From Pseudogymnoascus verrucosus (taxonomy: Eukaryota), in assembly GCA_001662655.1 (NCBI GenBank), contig KV460255.1: a DNA stretch of 54,780 nucleotides. One strand, 5' to 3'. Below, in pieces: positions 34,954 through 47,646 of the stretch (position 1 is the stretch's first letter; every line of letters starts with the position of its first letter). The notes beneath the pieces were generated by a model. It was not told the DNA's origin. It saw nothing but the letters and a program-made list of their open reading frames with translations, and made no database searches. A program made the translations under genes and the position numbers.

Positions 34954-36932
34954 TCAACTATCATTCTTCCCCCCCTTCCCCTCCTCCTTATCATCATCCT
35001 CATCCTCCTCCGGTGGCATCACCAACTGAATCACCTTACCAAACCCTCCCTTCTCCTGACTAATAACATACTTCCCCCCCAACACCAAATCCTTCGCCAC
35101 CAGCTCCCTAGTACGACCCAGACTCTCAATATCGTTAATACGCTGAAGCGTCGCATCGAGATAGTCCCTGAAACCCGGCTCTGCGCAAATCTCCCTAAAC
35201 GCGCGCTGCATGGGCACCGAGTCCGCGCGCACCATCGCGCTCGACGTGATAGTGAAGACATTGATATGATCATACTCCCGAATGAAATCCGCGCGCGTCA
35301 TGACCTGGCGCGCCTTGTGCAGTGGGAGCGCGGGCAGGTCGTGGCCGTGTTCAGGGTCGTAGATAGGGCCTTCGGAGTTGGCTTCTTGGTCGACGAGGGC
35401 TTGGGCTAGGACCATGGCTGCAGAGGCGTACTTCTGCTGGTCCATGACGTCGTCATCCATTTCCATGCCGAGGAGGCCGCATTGGTTGAGGAACCATTGC
35501 TTTTCGACGGCGGAGATCTCGTCGCAGGTCTTGAGCATGTCGGCGGATTTGGCGACTTTGTTGAGGAAGGTTAGGCGCCCGCCAATTCTTTCGTAGACTT
35601 GCGAGAGGATGGACTCGTCGGGGTCTTCGTAGAAGTACTTGGAGCGGTACATTCGGATGGCGTTGAGGGCTTTGTCCTTGGGTAGGTCGCCGACTGTCGT
35701 CACTTCCATGCGTGTGGCTAGCTGCTTGAGACGCTCATACACCCAGTAGTCGTCGCTGTTGAAGACAACGGTGATGAGATTGCTGGCTGCCCATTGCTCT
35801 GCCCTCTGTTGTAGGAGCTCAAGCAGATTCATTCCATCGGTGTCGGGCTTGAGAAGGTGCATGGAGTTGATGATAAGAACGATTGGCCTGCCAACTTTCA
35901 TCCGTCGGTCCAGAGCAACTTTATCCAGCTTGTTAAAGGCGCGCTCAATATCTAGCAACGCTGTGCTTTCTCGTGGTCCCCTTTCCGAGAAGTAGGATCC
36001 GATGTAGTCTTCGTGGAATTCAAAGTTAAGCGCCTTACCAAGCCGTATCCGGAAGATTTCGAGATCACCATGCGCGTCGAGCATGGCGATACCCTCTCCA
36101 TCGATCTTTTGCATGGCATCAAGTAGCATAGATGTCTTCCCAGTGCCCTTCTCGCCGATAAGGAGGTGATAATGGCCTTTCTCGGTTCCGTTTATTATTG
36201 CATCGATCTTATCCTGCTCATCTCTACGAATCCAATGATTCTCATTGTCGCTCTTTTCCTGCTCCTCTTGCGTGGTTGGCGGTTGCGCTTCAGGGACCTG
36301 CTTCCCCATAGCGGCCAAGACCAGTGCTGGGTCTCCTGGCTCGAAGGCCTTGCGCATCTTGCGCAGCACGTGCCATTTGTAGAACTTGTGATAGCAGAAG
36401 CCTCCAAATGCAAAGCCGGCACCAAGAACGACTATGCTTGCAAACGCAGTTGCCGCAGCTTCTATCATTTTGGACAGTAGCGATTGGGGCCTTTCATCCT
36501 CCTCATGGCGTGGGCGCCGACCATGTTTGGACGGGCCTCTACGAGGGTCATGAAGTTGCTTGGTTCCTTTATTAAGTTAGCATTGTGCATAATTTAGGCC
36601 GCAAACCCATCAACTGAGCCGCTGCATTCAGTATAGTGAACGTTTTTATATCTAATTCTCAGGATTTAAGTACGCATGCAATCCACACGTGCTCGCACGT
36701 TTACCCCAGGAAGCTTGGCCATCCCGGCAGCGAATGAATGAAACCGGATCCTACCTTCTGTGGCCGAATTGCTATCGCCGAGGCCACTCGATGTTTCCCA
36801 TCTCCTCTGAGATTGAGATACAGGAGCAAGAGCAAGTTGTGGTAGACGACATTGGATTCCTACGCGTCCCGTCCGTAAGAGGCAAGGTGTCTGGCGATTG
36901 ATAGATCGCCAACACCGCGGAGCCGGGTTCAT
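34954..36932 (-). CDS. Fungal P-loop AAA+-like ATPase with N-terminal TM helix, likely mitochondrial
   Basis: Exons 36932-36755 and 36566-34954 (intron GTAGGA...GCTAAC...AAG). Arg-rich presequence, TM 'AFASIVVLGAGFAFGGFCY', Walker A GEKGTGKT. Confidence 0.8.
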
Positions 36933-37778
36933 CGTCTCTTGGGTCGCGTGTATCGCGGTTGCGCCTGCCGATGCGAGTAATGCGTTAAGAGAAGCTCTTC
37001 ATAGTCACATAAACACCGATTCAATGCCAGAATGAGGTTCTAGTAAGGGGTAATTGAAAAAGGATATTGTGGCTGAGCAATATGAGCTTTTGTGGACTCC
37101 GTATGGTGCTAAATGTTCACCCGCGGTTTGGGGAACTTGGCACTGCCAACACATTGGAACAGTGGTGGTATCCAACCAATGTACGCAATCTACCCGTAAT
37201 TAACAACCCCACGTGCTTTGACGGAGACAGTGTCTGAGCAATTCAAGGCAATCTGTTGATTTATGAGGCCAAGAATTATATTAACAGAGTAGATTTGGTG
37301 TGAAAGTACGATCCTTCAATCCTTCACTGGTTTTTAAACTTTATTTTGTTAGATTTGTTTGTTACGCTTTGACACTTTGACGCGCGAGAAAGGGTATCAT
37401 TTAAGGGGATTTTCCCTTTGAATGATTGCGGATTAATTTCAACTGCTAGTTTCAATTATGTATATAAATTAAACCATGGCCAGTATTAAAAAAGTCAAGT
37501 TCAATTGAGATTGATATGCTTAATATAAATAAAAAGCGAGAGTGCAAATGAATTCAAAGTGAGGTTGAATTTGGCATTTTGCGGACCACACCCACCACAG
37601 AAGCGCAGAACGCGCTAGTAGGATGAGTGGTCCACCCCATGATTTGCTCCCGCATGAATTTTGAAACCCCTGTTATCTCGAACTTTTAGTTCTAGAGCTG
37701 AGCTTTCCGACTACCGCCACTTGCGCCACAAGCTTCACCTCAGCGCCTGCACTCTCGCTGCCAACAGCACAAACATTG

Positions 37779-40352
37779 ATGGGGCAGGAGTCAAGTCAGG
37801 TCCAAAGAATAGAAGAGGACTCTTCAAGCATGGACGGCAATTCGAGCACCCGCGGCGGGGTTGAGGGCGACTATCCTCTTCCCGCCCTTCCACCGAGTCG
37901 CGAGGCGCGTGAGGAGACGATCAATAGCTCAGCGCAACGAAAGTGGAAGATGAGCAATGGAATATCAGAGGATGGCGCCGCGGATCGAAGCGATAGCGCG
38001 CGACGCGCCGACAAGAAACTCAAAAAAATGAAGAAGAAGAAAGACAAGGCCGGGAATGGGGGGAATAGTGAAGGGAAAGATAACGATCCCACATCGTCCG
38101 TGAAACAGAAGAGGAAGAAGAATCGAATGAGCGACGGAGTTGCGCGACAATCTCTTGGGGGGGCTTCGTCGCAGTCTGCGCCATTGCGCTCAGCTGCGTC
38201 GGTTCTACTGCCACGTTCAGATGCTGTGGATAGAGTGCCTGAATCTTCACACCCAACAGCAGATGCGCCTTCGAGCTCTACGGCATCGAAAAAGAAGAAG
38301 AACAAGTCAAAGAACAAGCGTAACAGTATACAGGCAGTCGCCGCTGCAGTTGGGGGTGACGGTGGTGGCAGCAGCACTGGTCCCAAAGCGGCCGATGCTG
38401 AGCCCCTTGCGAAGGACAATGTTCCTGAACCAGCTCCTACGAGCTCTTGGGCAGCAGTTAATGTGCCGTCCAGTGCCACTAAAACTGGAAAGACCCACGA
38501 CGATGTCAACATGGCAAATGGGCAAAGCAATCACAAGCAGGCGGAGGAGCCAACTGCGGGGGAAACCGAATCAAACTCTCCCGAGAAACAAACGGATGCC
38601 AGTGCTACCAAACCTAAGAGCTCGCAAATCCACCCCATCGAGGAAATGGATCTTGATCCAACTCAATCTCAGAACACGCCTGCAGACCCCGTCGAAGATC
38701 CAATGGACCTGGTCGTAGCCGAACCTCAGAATGCGAAGGCCGGCCCTGCCGACAATTCCGGAGACAGTCGAGAAATACTGGAGGTCGCCAATAAAGAGGT
38801 GCCGCAAATCGGTGTTTATGCTGGCGGTGAAGAACCAACCAGCACGACTCGCAGACGTAAACGCCGTCTCCCTGTCGACGACGATCCTATCGAGACGCCT
38901 TCTAAGAGATCTAAGAAGTCACTCAAAGCCAAATCTCCAGTAACGAAGGGCCAGAAGACAAAAGCCGCACCAAAATCACCTGCGAGCTCCGCGGCAGCTC
39001 CTCGAACTCCGACACGCGCAGCTGCCGCAGCTGATGGCAAGCCAGCCCCCAGGATGACTGATGACGACCTCGCCGTTATCAAGAACCAACTTCTCAAGTA
39101 CCGCGAGATGAACGACATCAACGAACTAGAGCAGAACCGCTTAATCCATGGCAAGGCCACCGACAGCCGCAACCTGTTCAACATGGTCTGCGAGGAATTC
39201 CCAGACCGGGATCGTTGGTCTTTGATCAAGTTCTGCCGCCGGAAATTCCACAACTTCACGGCGCGCGGGAAGTGGTCGGCGGAGGACGATGAGGATCTCA
39301 GGGAGGCGCATAGGCAGATGCCGAATCGCTGGACGCAGATTGGCCAAAGGCTCAACAGACATCCAGAGGACTGTCGTGATCGCTGGAGGAACTACCTTAT
39401 TTGCGGTGATAACATGATTACTGTATACTGGGACGACGACGAGGTGCAGCAACTACGTGATGCAGTCGCAGCTTGCGTGTCACACCTTCGGGAGATGAGG
39501 CAGCTGGGCGTGATAGAGTCTAGCCCCAACGACGATGAAGCGGATGACATCGAGCTCGTGGATTGGCAACAGGTCAGCGAGAAGATGGGCCGCACGAGGA
39601 GTCGCCTGCAGTGTCGCCAGAAATGGAGGCGGATGCATGAGAGCGATGATAAGTTTGACACCACGCCGCGCAAGGTGGCTCCGAACTGGCGCGACAAGCT
39701 CGCTCGCAAGGAGACGCAGCAGATGGACTTGGATGATAAGTTGGTCATTCTGCGCAGTATCAAGGAGTCGCAGGTGCAAAGGGAGGGGAAGATCAATTGG
39801 AAGACGGTTGGCGACGAGGAATTCCAAGGGCGCTTTGCTGTCAGAACACTCAAGTTGGCGCTTACGACGCTCAAGAGTACGGTTCCAGATGCACAATCCC
39901 ATAAGCTGCAAGAAATTGTTGAGATACTCTTGGAGAAGCTGGGATCTGCAAACGGCCGGGACCCTACCGCGAAATCGTTCAGGGAATCTACAGGAACTAA
40001 AAATACGAAGAATAAGTATATCAGCGCGGAAACTATCAACTCCGAAGATGACGAAGAATCCGACGGCGACGCTAGAGAACAAATAAGGCAGGGGTTGCCA
40101 AAACTGAAGGACACAAACCGCTCGCCGAAGAAGCTCAGCGATCGTATGGCGCGTAGGTCCGAGAGCGTGGATTCGGTTGGCAATGCTATCCCTTCTGGTG
40201 GGCCGGAGGTACCGGAGAGCGAGTATGATGAACCGGCTGCGCCGAAGACGAATGGGGCTCATAAATCTACGAAGGCGGGCTCGGACTCGGATTCTGATGA
40301 CTCGGATTTGGATGAAGAGATACCTGCGAGACGGGCTTCGATTTCACTCTGA
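37779..40352 (+). CDS. Myb/SANT-repeat DNA-binding protein, Reb1/TTF-I-like
   Basis: Long basic low-complexity N-terminus. Myb repeats 'RGKWSAEDDEDL...NRWTQIG..LNRHPEDCRDRWRNY' and 'VDWQQVSEKMGRTRSRLQCRQKW'. Confidence 0.85.
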   Translation: MGQESSQVQRIEEDSSSMDGNSSTRGGVEGDYPLPALPPSREAREETINSSAQRKWKMSNGISEDGAADRSDSARRADKKLKKMKKKKDKAGNGGNSEGKDNDPTSSVKQKRKKNRMSDGVARQSLGGASSQSAPLRSAASVLLPRSDAVDRVPESSHPTADAPSSSTASKKKKNKSKNKRNSIQAVAAAVGGDGGGSSTGPKAADAEPLAKDNVPEPAPTSSWAAVNVPSSATKTGKTHDDVNMANGQSNHKQAEEPTAGETESNSPEKQTDASATKPKSSQIHPIEEMDLDPTQSQNTPADPVEDPMDLVVAEPQNAKAGPADNSGDSREILEVANKEVPQIGVYAGGEEPTSTTRRRKRRLPVDDDPIETPSKRSKKSLKAKSPVTKGQKTKAAPKSPASSAAAPRTPTRAAAAADGKPAPRMTDDDLAVIKNQLLKYREMNDINELEQNRLIHGKATDSRNLFNMVCEEFPDRDRWSLIKFCRRKFHNFTARGKWSAEDDEDLREAHRQMPNRWTQIGQRLNRHPEDCRDRWRNYLICGDNMITVYWDDDEVQQLRDAVAACVSHLREMRQLGVIESSPNDDEADDIELVDWQQVSEKMGRTRSRLQCRQKWRRMHESDDKFDTTPRKVAPNWRDKLARKETQQMDLDDKLVILRSIKESQVQREGKINWKTVGDEEFQGRFAVRTLKLALTTLKSTVPDAQSHKLQEIVEILLEKLGSANGRDPTAKSFRESTGTKNTKNKYISAETINSEDDEESDGDAREQIRQGLPKLKDTNRSPKKLSDRMARRSESVDSVGNAIPSGGPEVPESEYDEPAAPKTNGAHKSTKAGSDSDSDDSDLDEEIPARRASISL

Positions 40353-41021
40353 TCGGTATCGACTGCGTTGTCCGCCTCTCACTCTATAAATCCGAATACT
40401 CGGATAGTTGTCTCCATCTTCCATTATTGTACGACGGCAGGCAATTTTGGGTGTGAGGAACGAGTATTGGAGTGGAGTGTATGATTTCATGTCTTGTATT
40501 TACTTTTCGCTAAACTGCTCTGCTGGAGTGGTATGTTTGTGGGCGTCTCTGGGGTTATGACACTTCATGTTGATTCATTCGGTATGGGGAAGGAGAGACC
40601 CAAACTCGGGTTCAGGTGTTGGGGGTTAGGTGCAGAGATAGATTATTCAGTGACGATATCCAAGATTTCAAGACAAATCATCTAGCTGTGAGATGTGCTA
40701 TATTTGCTATTGTTTGTTGGCTTTGAACCTACCTCGCTTTTGAACGAAGATATCCAAAATGGACCATAGATGACCTCTGCCACTTTCACATAGCCAATAA
40801 TTAAGCAGCCACGGGCTTCCAACATCTACATTGGGCAGTCTTCACGTTCAATGTTGCCAAGTAAGATAAAAGTGTTCGCTGCCGTCACCAAGTAACAAAT
40901 GAAACTCTACTACATTCGGTATGTAATTCCTTCCTCAACAACCACCATTTATATACAAGCAACGCCCATTCTCCCTCCTCCGCACGCAATTCGCTCCAAA
41001 TTTCTTCTTTTTCTGCTCCGT

Positions 41022-41855
41022 TTATCTGTAAGGTGCATCCGCCCGTGCCGCAGCCGCCATCTCGGTCTCCCACTTATCTCCATTCGCCAACAGCTTCTCC
41101 TTGTTGTACAGCAGCTCCTCCCTCGTCTCGGTGGCGTACTCGGCGTTCGGCGACTCGACAATGGCGTCGACGGGGCACGACTCCTGGCAGAAGCCGCAGT
41201 AGATGCACTTCGTCATGTCGATGTCGTAGCGGGTCGTGCGGCGGGAACCATCCTCACGCTCCTCGGCTTCGATGGTGATGGCTTGGGCGGGGCAGATCTG
41301 GGGGAAGTCAATCAGTATAGTTCATATAGCTATGAAACGGATTGAGGGACGTACAGCTTCGCACAGCTTGCATGCAATACATCTCTCCTCACCACTCGGG
41401 TAACGTCTCAGGGCGTGCTCTCCACGGAACCTCGGTGAGATTGGTCCCTTCTCGAAAGGGTAGTAAATCGTATATCTACACCCGACATGATCAGTATTCG
41501 CTCTCCCAATCCACCTCATGCCCATCTGCGTCCCCAATGGCAACCTCGGGAGTTGAACTTACGGCGGTCTGAAAAACTGCTCCAGCACCACATACATGCC
41601 CCGCGCCATCTCGGTGAGCAGGAAAAACTGACCCGCCTGATCGAGGGCCGAGGTCTTGCTCTCGTTCCATCGCTCCGGGCGCGCGAGTCTGAATTTCGAC
41701 GGCGGAGGGCCGGTGGGGGTAGCGTAGCGGGCTGGGGCGGTTGAGAAGGCCGCGGCGGCTTGGATCCAGGGCGAGGGAGCAGAGGTGCGCGAGGCGCGGA
41801 GGAGGAGCTGCGCGGATGGCCGGCAAAGCATTGTGAGCGGCTTTGTGGATGCCAT
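41022..41855 (-). CDS. NDUFS8: Complex I 23-kDa/TYKY Fe-S subunit (NDUFS8/NuoI)
   Basis: Exons 41855-41563, 41475-41355, 41297-41022. '[39 protein letters not shown]' and '[13 protein letters not shown]' give two 4Fe-4S motifs. Confidence 0.97.
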
Positions 41856-42345
41856 TGTGCTTGCGGGGGGAGGGGGGAGGGATGGGGGCGTGGACGTGTA
41901 GCTGTGCTGCGAGGTTCGTCAAATTCGCGAAGTTGGATGCTGGTGATGTCTAATCCCAGAACGGGTGTGGTTTGATTGGTTGAATTGGTTAGTGGGCTGA
42001 GTGTCACGTGGTTTCATGTTATGGGTGCACCATCTCTCTACCCTTAACCCTTAAAATCGACGAGACATTGAGGTATTTCGATACATTTCATGTATAATGG
42101 TGGATGGATAGGTTATCTATACTGTAACTATAATAATTCGTGTTTACTTAATGAAAATTACAGTTATTATAGAGACAGTTAACGAAGGCTTCCTGACCCT
42201 CAATCTTTAAGGAGACAATTAAATTACCACGTGATCTCCCACTAGCGCGTGCTAGTGACAGAGCCCATTGAAGCTCGTCGAACATTCCGAGCCGACACCA
42301 TTGACCAACTCAAGATCTCCATCTCCGTCATCTACATCCTCCAAA

Positions 42346-43036
42346 ATGTTCCGCACAGTTCTCCTCAAATCGGCACGCAGTGCTGCCAGCCAAGCTGTCC
42401 GTAGAGCCGGCCCAATTACCCGTCCTGCGTCGGCTATCCCAACTTTCCAGTACGCCCCGTCGGTATTCAACGCCGCGAGATGCTACTCCGCTGCCGCCGG
42501 GCTTGCCAAGCCAGAGGTTGAGGGAAGAATCGTTGATCTGTTAAAGAACTTCGACAAAGTGAGTGCTCCTGAGCTTGGGGTTATCCCGGAAAAGTTGTTG
42601 TTCGTTGCTAACCAGCTCTTCAAGGTCACCGACCCTTCTAAGGTACATTCGATATCCAAGCCTCGTTTTTTTTCTGCGCATCAACTCACAATATATATAG
42701 CTCACCGCTACCTCCCACTTCAACAACGATCTTGGTTTGGACAGCTTGGACACGGTTGAGGTTGTGATGGCAATTGAGGAGGTCGGCAAATTTTGACTCA
42801 ACCCGAGACTGGCCCGATATTAACGGAAACTAGGAGTTCAGCATCGAGATCCCAGACAAGGACGCGGACGCCATCCACAGCGGTATGTGAACGAATAGGG
42901 GGCGCGATTGATGATGCAGGACTGACAACAGAATAGTGGACAAGGCCGTTGAGTACATCCTTGCGCAGCCAGATGGTTAGTCAAACTTCACGATGCTCTA
43001 CTTCTACATCAACTAACTCGAATTGCAGCTCACTGA
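42346..43036 (+). CDS. ACP1: Mitochondrial acyl carrier protein (NDUFAB1)
   Basis: Six exons: 42346-42558, 42625-42642, 42701-42781, 42834-42882, 42937-42975, 43029-43036. Phosphopantetheine motif '[26 protein letters not shown]'. Confidence 0.96.
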
Positions 43037-43606
43037 TCGTTGAACCATACTGGTGGAGGATAATGTTGGGAAACGGGGAGGGGTGTCCGATGCGCCTCCG
43101 GGCGCGTCGCTGTATATTTTTGACATGCCCATAATAGCATGTTGAATGATACTTTGTAAAACTGTTCTTTAGACGAAATCCTGCTCAAACTGCTACCCGT
43201 ACTCCCTGCTATCAATAATGTGATTCCTTGCGTGATTATAAACAATAATATCACCAGGGAATATTTTTTGGTCTGTCGATGGCGCCCAAAGTGGTTAAGC
43301 GAACATGGGCTGTATCAGTGAACCTTTCTTGAAGTGTTACCTAGGGTCCTGCATTGTAAGGTCACCGAATATTATCGCCCCCCCCACCGTCCTCACCATT
43401 GGAGCCCAATCCATCTCTACAACCCCAAGCATTGGTCATTGAAGTCGTACAAACTCGAGCATTGCCATCTGGACTGGTTTAACAGCACCATCGTCGTGTA
43501 CGGGAGCTAGAGTCGGGCAACTTCCGCATATGACAGCAGCTCACCTCCTGCCCCTGTCCTCCTCGACCGCAACTCCTCGATAATTTTCACTCCAACACAC
43601 ACAACA

Positions 43607-44856
43607 ATGTCATCCGGTTTGACGCGACGGAGGGGCGGCGGCGGAGGCACGGCAAGCGGCGATAACGACGAGAACAGCTCGAGCCGCGTTGCATCGCCGG
43701 TGCCCAAAGCCGGATCCTCGAGGGACCAGCCAGAAACGTCGTACGAGAGCGGCGAGAATGGACACAAGATTGCGTTTGATCCGCGGGACATGAATGAGAG
43801 CGCGGAGAGGAGTAAACAGCCGAAGTTGACTATGATGGAAGAGGTTCTCCTGTTGGGCCTCAAGGATAAGCAGGTAATGCGATACCGGGAGCGCACCAAG
43901 GCGGACGAACTCCTACTGACAATTTTGGGTTACAGGGCTATTTGTCCTTCTGGAACGATAACATATCATATGCGCTTCGAGGATGTATTGTCATCGAGCT
44001 GGCTTTCAGAGGTCGTGTGAGCATGCAGAAGGACTCCTCAAGGAGAAGATTTCCTCTGGCAGACCGGATTATCGAAGTTATAGACGACACACTTACTGGA
44101 GAAGTCTTGCTGGACGAGGCGCTCAAGATGATGAAATCGAGCGAAAAGATGAGCGTCAGCTCGTGGATTGACCTGATGAGCGGTATGTTCTACCAGCGAC
44201 ACCAACAGTTAACTATTTTTTGCTAAGACAAAGGCTTCTGCAGGCGAAACCTGGAATTTGATGAAGATAGGCTACCAGCTGAAGCAAGTCCGCGAGAGGT
44301 TGCTGAAGGGACTTGTCGACAAGGGAATCCTACGAACCGAGAAGAAGAACTTCCTCCTCTTCGATATGGCCACACACCCCGTCGCCGACGGCGGACCGAA
44401 AGAAGAGATAAGGCGACGCGTCCGAAACGTCCTCACACAGCGAACCGTGGTACTACCGGCGAGCCAATGGCTCCCAGAGAACCTCGAGTTCAGAAATATC
44501 CGCACCATCTCCATGGTCTGCGCCGCCTACGCAGCCAACGTCCTCGAGAACGCCTTGGCGTCCCTTGGCCACGAGGCCAGGGAACGGGCCTTCGCGCAAG
44601 TGGACGAGCTCTTGGCGGAATACAGCCAGTGGCCCTTTGGAAAGCGCGCGGGAGCTACAAACGGAGGCGTGGGAGCCAACTTGAACCAAGTCGTACAGGA
44701 TGTAAGTCTTTTTGTCTCAGAGATATTTTTAACTTTCCAAGGGTCCCCTCTAATAACCCCTGGCAGGAAATCAACGAAGGGAAGGATAAGGAACTCCAGC
44801 TCGAGGTCGTCGCCGCGTGTCTCAGCGTCTTCACCCGGCTCGATTCTCTCCTCTAG
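43607..44856 (+). CDS. VPS74: Golgi PI4P-binding protein Vps74/GOLPH3
   Basis: Exons 43607-43873, 43936-44182, 44244-44701, 44767-44856. 'GLTRRR', '[32 protein letters not shown]', 'GETWN', '[11 protein letters not shown]'. Confidence 0.96.
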
Positions 44857-45353
44857 AGGACCGATCGATTTGTCCTTTTTTGTGCCAGACATATCTCCCC
44901 CACGCTCACTCCTCAGCTCGGTCCTACTACGACTAATGGAAAGTTTCTTGTCTCTCGCAGCGATTTTTGTTTTGTCGGAAATGGTTTGGAGAAAAACATT
45001 ATAGGTTTCGGTACACATTAGGCAGCGGGGGGATGGGGCAAAGGGCGTGCCGCTTCTCCTGGCCGCGACTGGGAGGGAGAAGAGTACTATTTTCCTTTTC
45101 GATGTGTATACCTAGGTAGCCAGCTTGAGTGTTGCTTTCTGCGACCTGGCGTTAGACAACTATTATGATGACCTAATGTGGTTTACCAGTTCATTGTAGT
45201 GACCATGTCGGAGCCTTAATTATTGCATGCAGTTGCACATATTCACTCAATCATAAAAAATAATTTGACGATTCACACTTCTTGATTCATCACTATGCCC
45301 ATAAACTCCATAATATCCCTACCGGTATCCCATCACCTACTTACAAACCCACA

Positions 45354-47089
45354 TCACCTCTTCTTCGTGGTAAAGCTCCCCTCAAACCCCGGTCTCGACT
45401 TCGGCTTCGCACCACCCTTCTTCGCCCCCGGCTTTCCACCCTTCTTCCCCTTCACACCCTTAGAATCCTTCCTCTTCTGCAGATTCTCCTCCCTCTTCTT
45501 CTGCCTAATCGCCTGACTCTTAGCAACACCCTCCTTCCTCTCGCCCCACTCCTTCTCGCTCTTCTTCTTCGCCTTCTCCCTGCGCTTCAGCGTCTTCTTG
45601 AGCAGACTTCCATCATCGCGGACCTTCTCGCCGTGTGCATGCCTCTTTGCTGCAAGCCACATGTCCTTCTCCTCGATGTCGGCGCGCTTGCCATCGTCAA
45701 GCCCCGCGAGGCGGAGGCGCTTGTTCTCTGCCGCCTGCAGCGCCGTCGCCGGGTCCTGAGGTCCGCGCTTCTTCGGTGCACTCATCAGCGTCGACAGATC
45801 GTCAGTCAGCTGCTGGCCGTCCGCGAAAGCCACACGGCCGAACGAGAAGTTGTTCACCTCGGCGGTGTGGATGGCCGGGCTCATGATGCCGCTAGCGGGG
45901 GAGTCGCGGACGGAGGCAAGGGCTTCCTCGCGGCGGGCGTCTTCCTCGGCGCGGGCTTGGTTGCGAAGCTCCTTCTTGTGTGCGCGCCGTTGCTCTTCCT
46001 TCTTGCGGCGGGACTCCATGAGTTCTTGTCTGTTGCGGGCGGGGGCGCCGTTGGGGCCGTCGGCTTTGCGGGCCGCGCGGAGGGCTTCGATGCGTGCTGC
46101 GAGGCGGGCTTTGAGGAGGTCGGGGTCGGTGGGGAGTTTGATGTGTTTCGGGGCTTTGGTGGGGGGAACGACGGAGGAGGTGGAGGTGGAGGTGGAGTTG
46201 GTGGATGGCTTGTCGGTGGTGTCGAAGGTGGGTGATTGAGGGGTGGAGGTTGAGGAAACGGTGGGTTGTGGCGAGGTCTCTTTCTCTGCGTCTACTTCAT
46301 CGGCGATTCCGTCCATCTCGATATCTTGCATTTCATCTCCTCCTGTGGTAGTCTCGTCTCCCTCCACAGTCTCGTCGGCGACCTCGTCCTCCGCTACAAT
46401 CCCTTCGACGTCTATCTCAGCATCATCGTCTCTGAGGTCGACTTTTTGTTCAGCTACCTTTGCTTTCTTCGCCTTTTGCTTCTCAGCCTTCTTGGTGGCC
46501 TTCTCCTTCTTCAGAGCCACTTTCGCCTTCTTCGCCTCTATCCTGGCCTGCTTTGCTGCCTCGGCATCGTCTGCTGGTGCCTTTGCTGTGCCATTAGGTT
46601 TCTTATCTTCCTTGTCCTGCACCTTTTGTTTCTTGTTCTTGGCATCTGCCTGCTTAAGACCCTGCCTTGGCAACTCTTTCTCGACGCCCTCGATATCAGA
46701 GCCTTCCTCCTCAAGTTGTTCGAGCTTTCGCTTCTTAGCCCGTTCGTCCATGACGTCCTTTGCGCTCTTTGCAGAATCCGGATCTAACTTTGCGCGCCTG
46801 GCAGCGGCGGCTTCTTCTTTAGTCTGCTTCTTCTTCTTCCATTGGTCCTGTAGTTTGGTCTTAGACGAGGTTCGGATTGCGAGAAAGTTTGCGGAGAATT
46901 TGACATACGCTATTATCTTCCCCGTAGTAGTACTTTGCGGGAATCAGAGAGAGCAATCCGTCGAATGCTTTGGCGTGGTCACGCAGGCGATCCTATATTG
47001 CGACACAATCATCAGAACCCCGAAACTTTTTGGTTTGAAAAAAATGGCGGGGAAAAGCGAGTACAAACCTGCAATGAGCTATCTGCCAT
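45354..47089 (-). CDS. RRP14: Nucleolar ribosome-biogenesis protein Rrp14/SURF6
   Basis: Exons 47089-47069, 46992-46909, 46847-45354. N-terminal 'HAKAFDGLLSLIPAKYYYG'; SURF6 domain 'GEKVRDD..LLKK.LKR.EK.K.KS...W.ER...RPGFEG'. Confidence 0.93.
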
Positions 47090-47646
47090 GTCAAAAACTG
47101 TGAAATCGCTGTTGGAATGGGCAAATATCAAAAGAATTGTCGGTCCCAGCAAGATCTTCCTCGATTAACAAAAGTTTCGAGTAAGGTTGCAGTTGGGTGA
47201 TGCCGTTTTCCGTCCGCTCGTGCAGCGTTCTTCACCGATAAACTAAACTGATCTCGAATTTCGTTAGTGCGCCCGCCAAAATATTTCACTCCGCTATATT
47301 GTGGCCTTATATTTGAGGCATGCCAACACAACAGGCCCCCAAACCTGTTGTTAGTTGGTTTAGTATGCTCAGCCTCAAGCTGTGCGTCGACATTGTCCAA
47401 CTTTAGATCTGGCATACTCTGTAAAAATATATATTTCTTCTCTTTATTCCCTTTGTTGCATTTGTAGATCACTTTTTGATCAGCGACGAGTTTTCGATTT
47501 TAGAATCACAAATTACGGCATTTTTTAAGAGCGGTTTTGTTTATTTATTTATCACAAAACGGTACCGAAAATCGGGGACTGGCACGACGACTGAAGCTGT
47601 TTTCACCACAACACCTACGAAAACACTCATATAGCAAACCTCCAGG

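Noticed and set aside
37871..40262. Long antisense ORFs within the Myb gene
   Set aside because: Explained by codon bias of the sense gene.
43279..43345. tRNA D-arm-like TGGCGCCCAAAGTGGTTAAGCG
   Set aside because: No TTCRA T-loop and no pairing acceptor stem.
45282..47103. Long + strand ORFs (317 aa, 286 aa) opposite RRP14
   Set aside because: Antisense shadows of a Lys/Glu-rich gene; Leu/Phe/Ser-rich translations with no domain.
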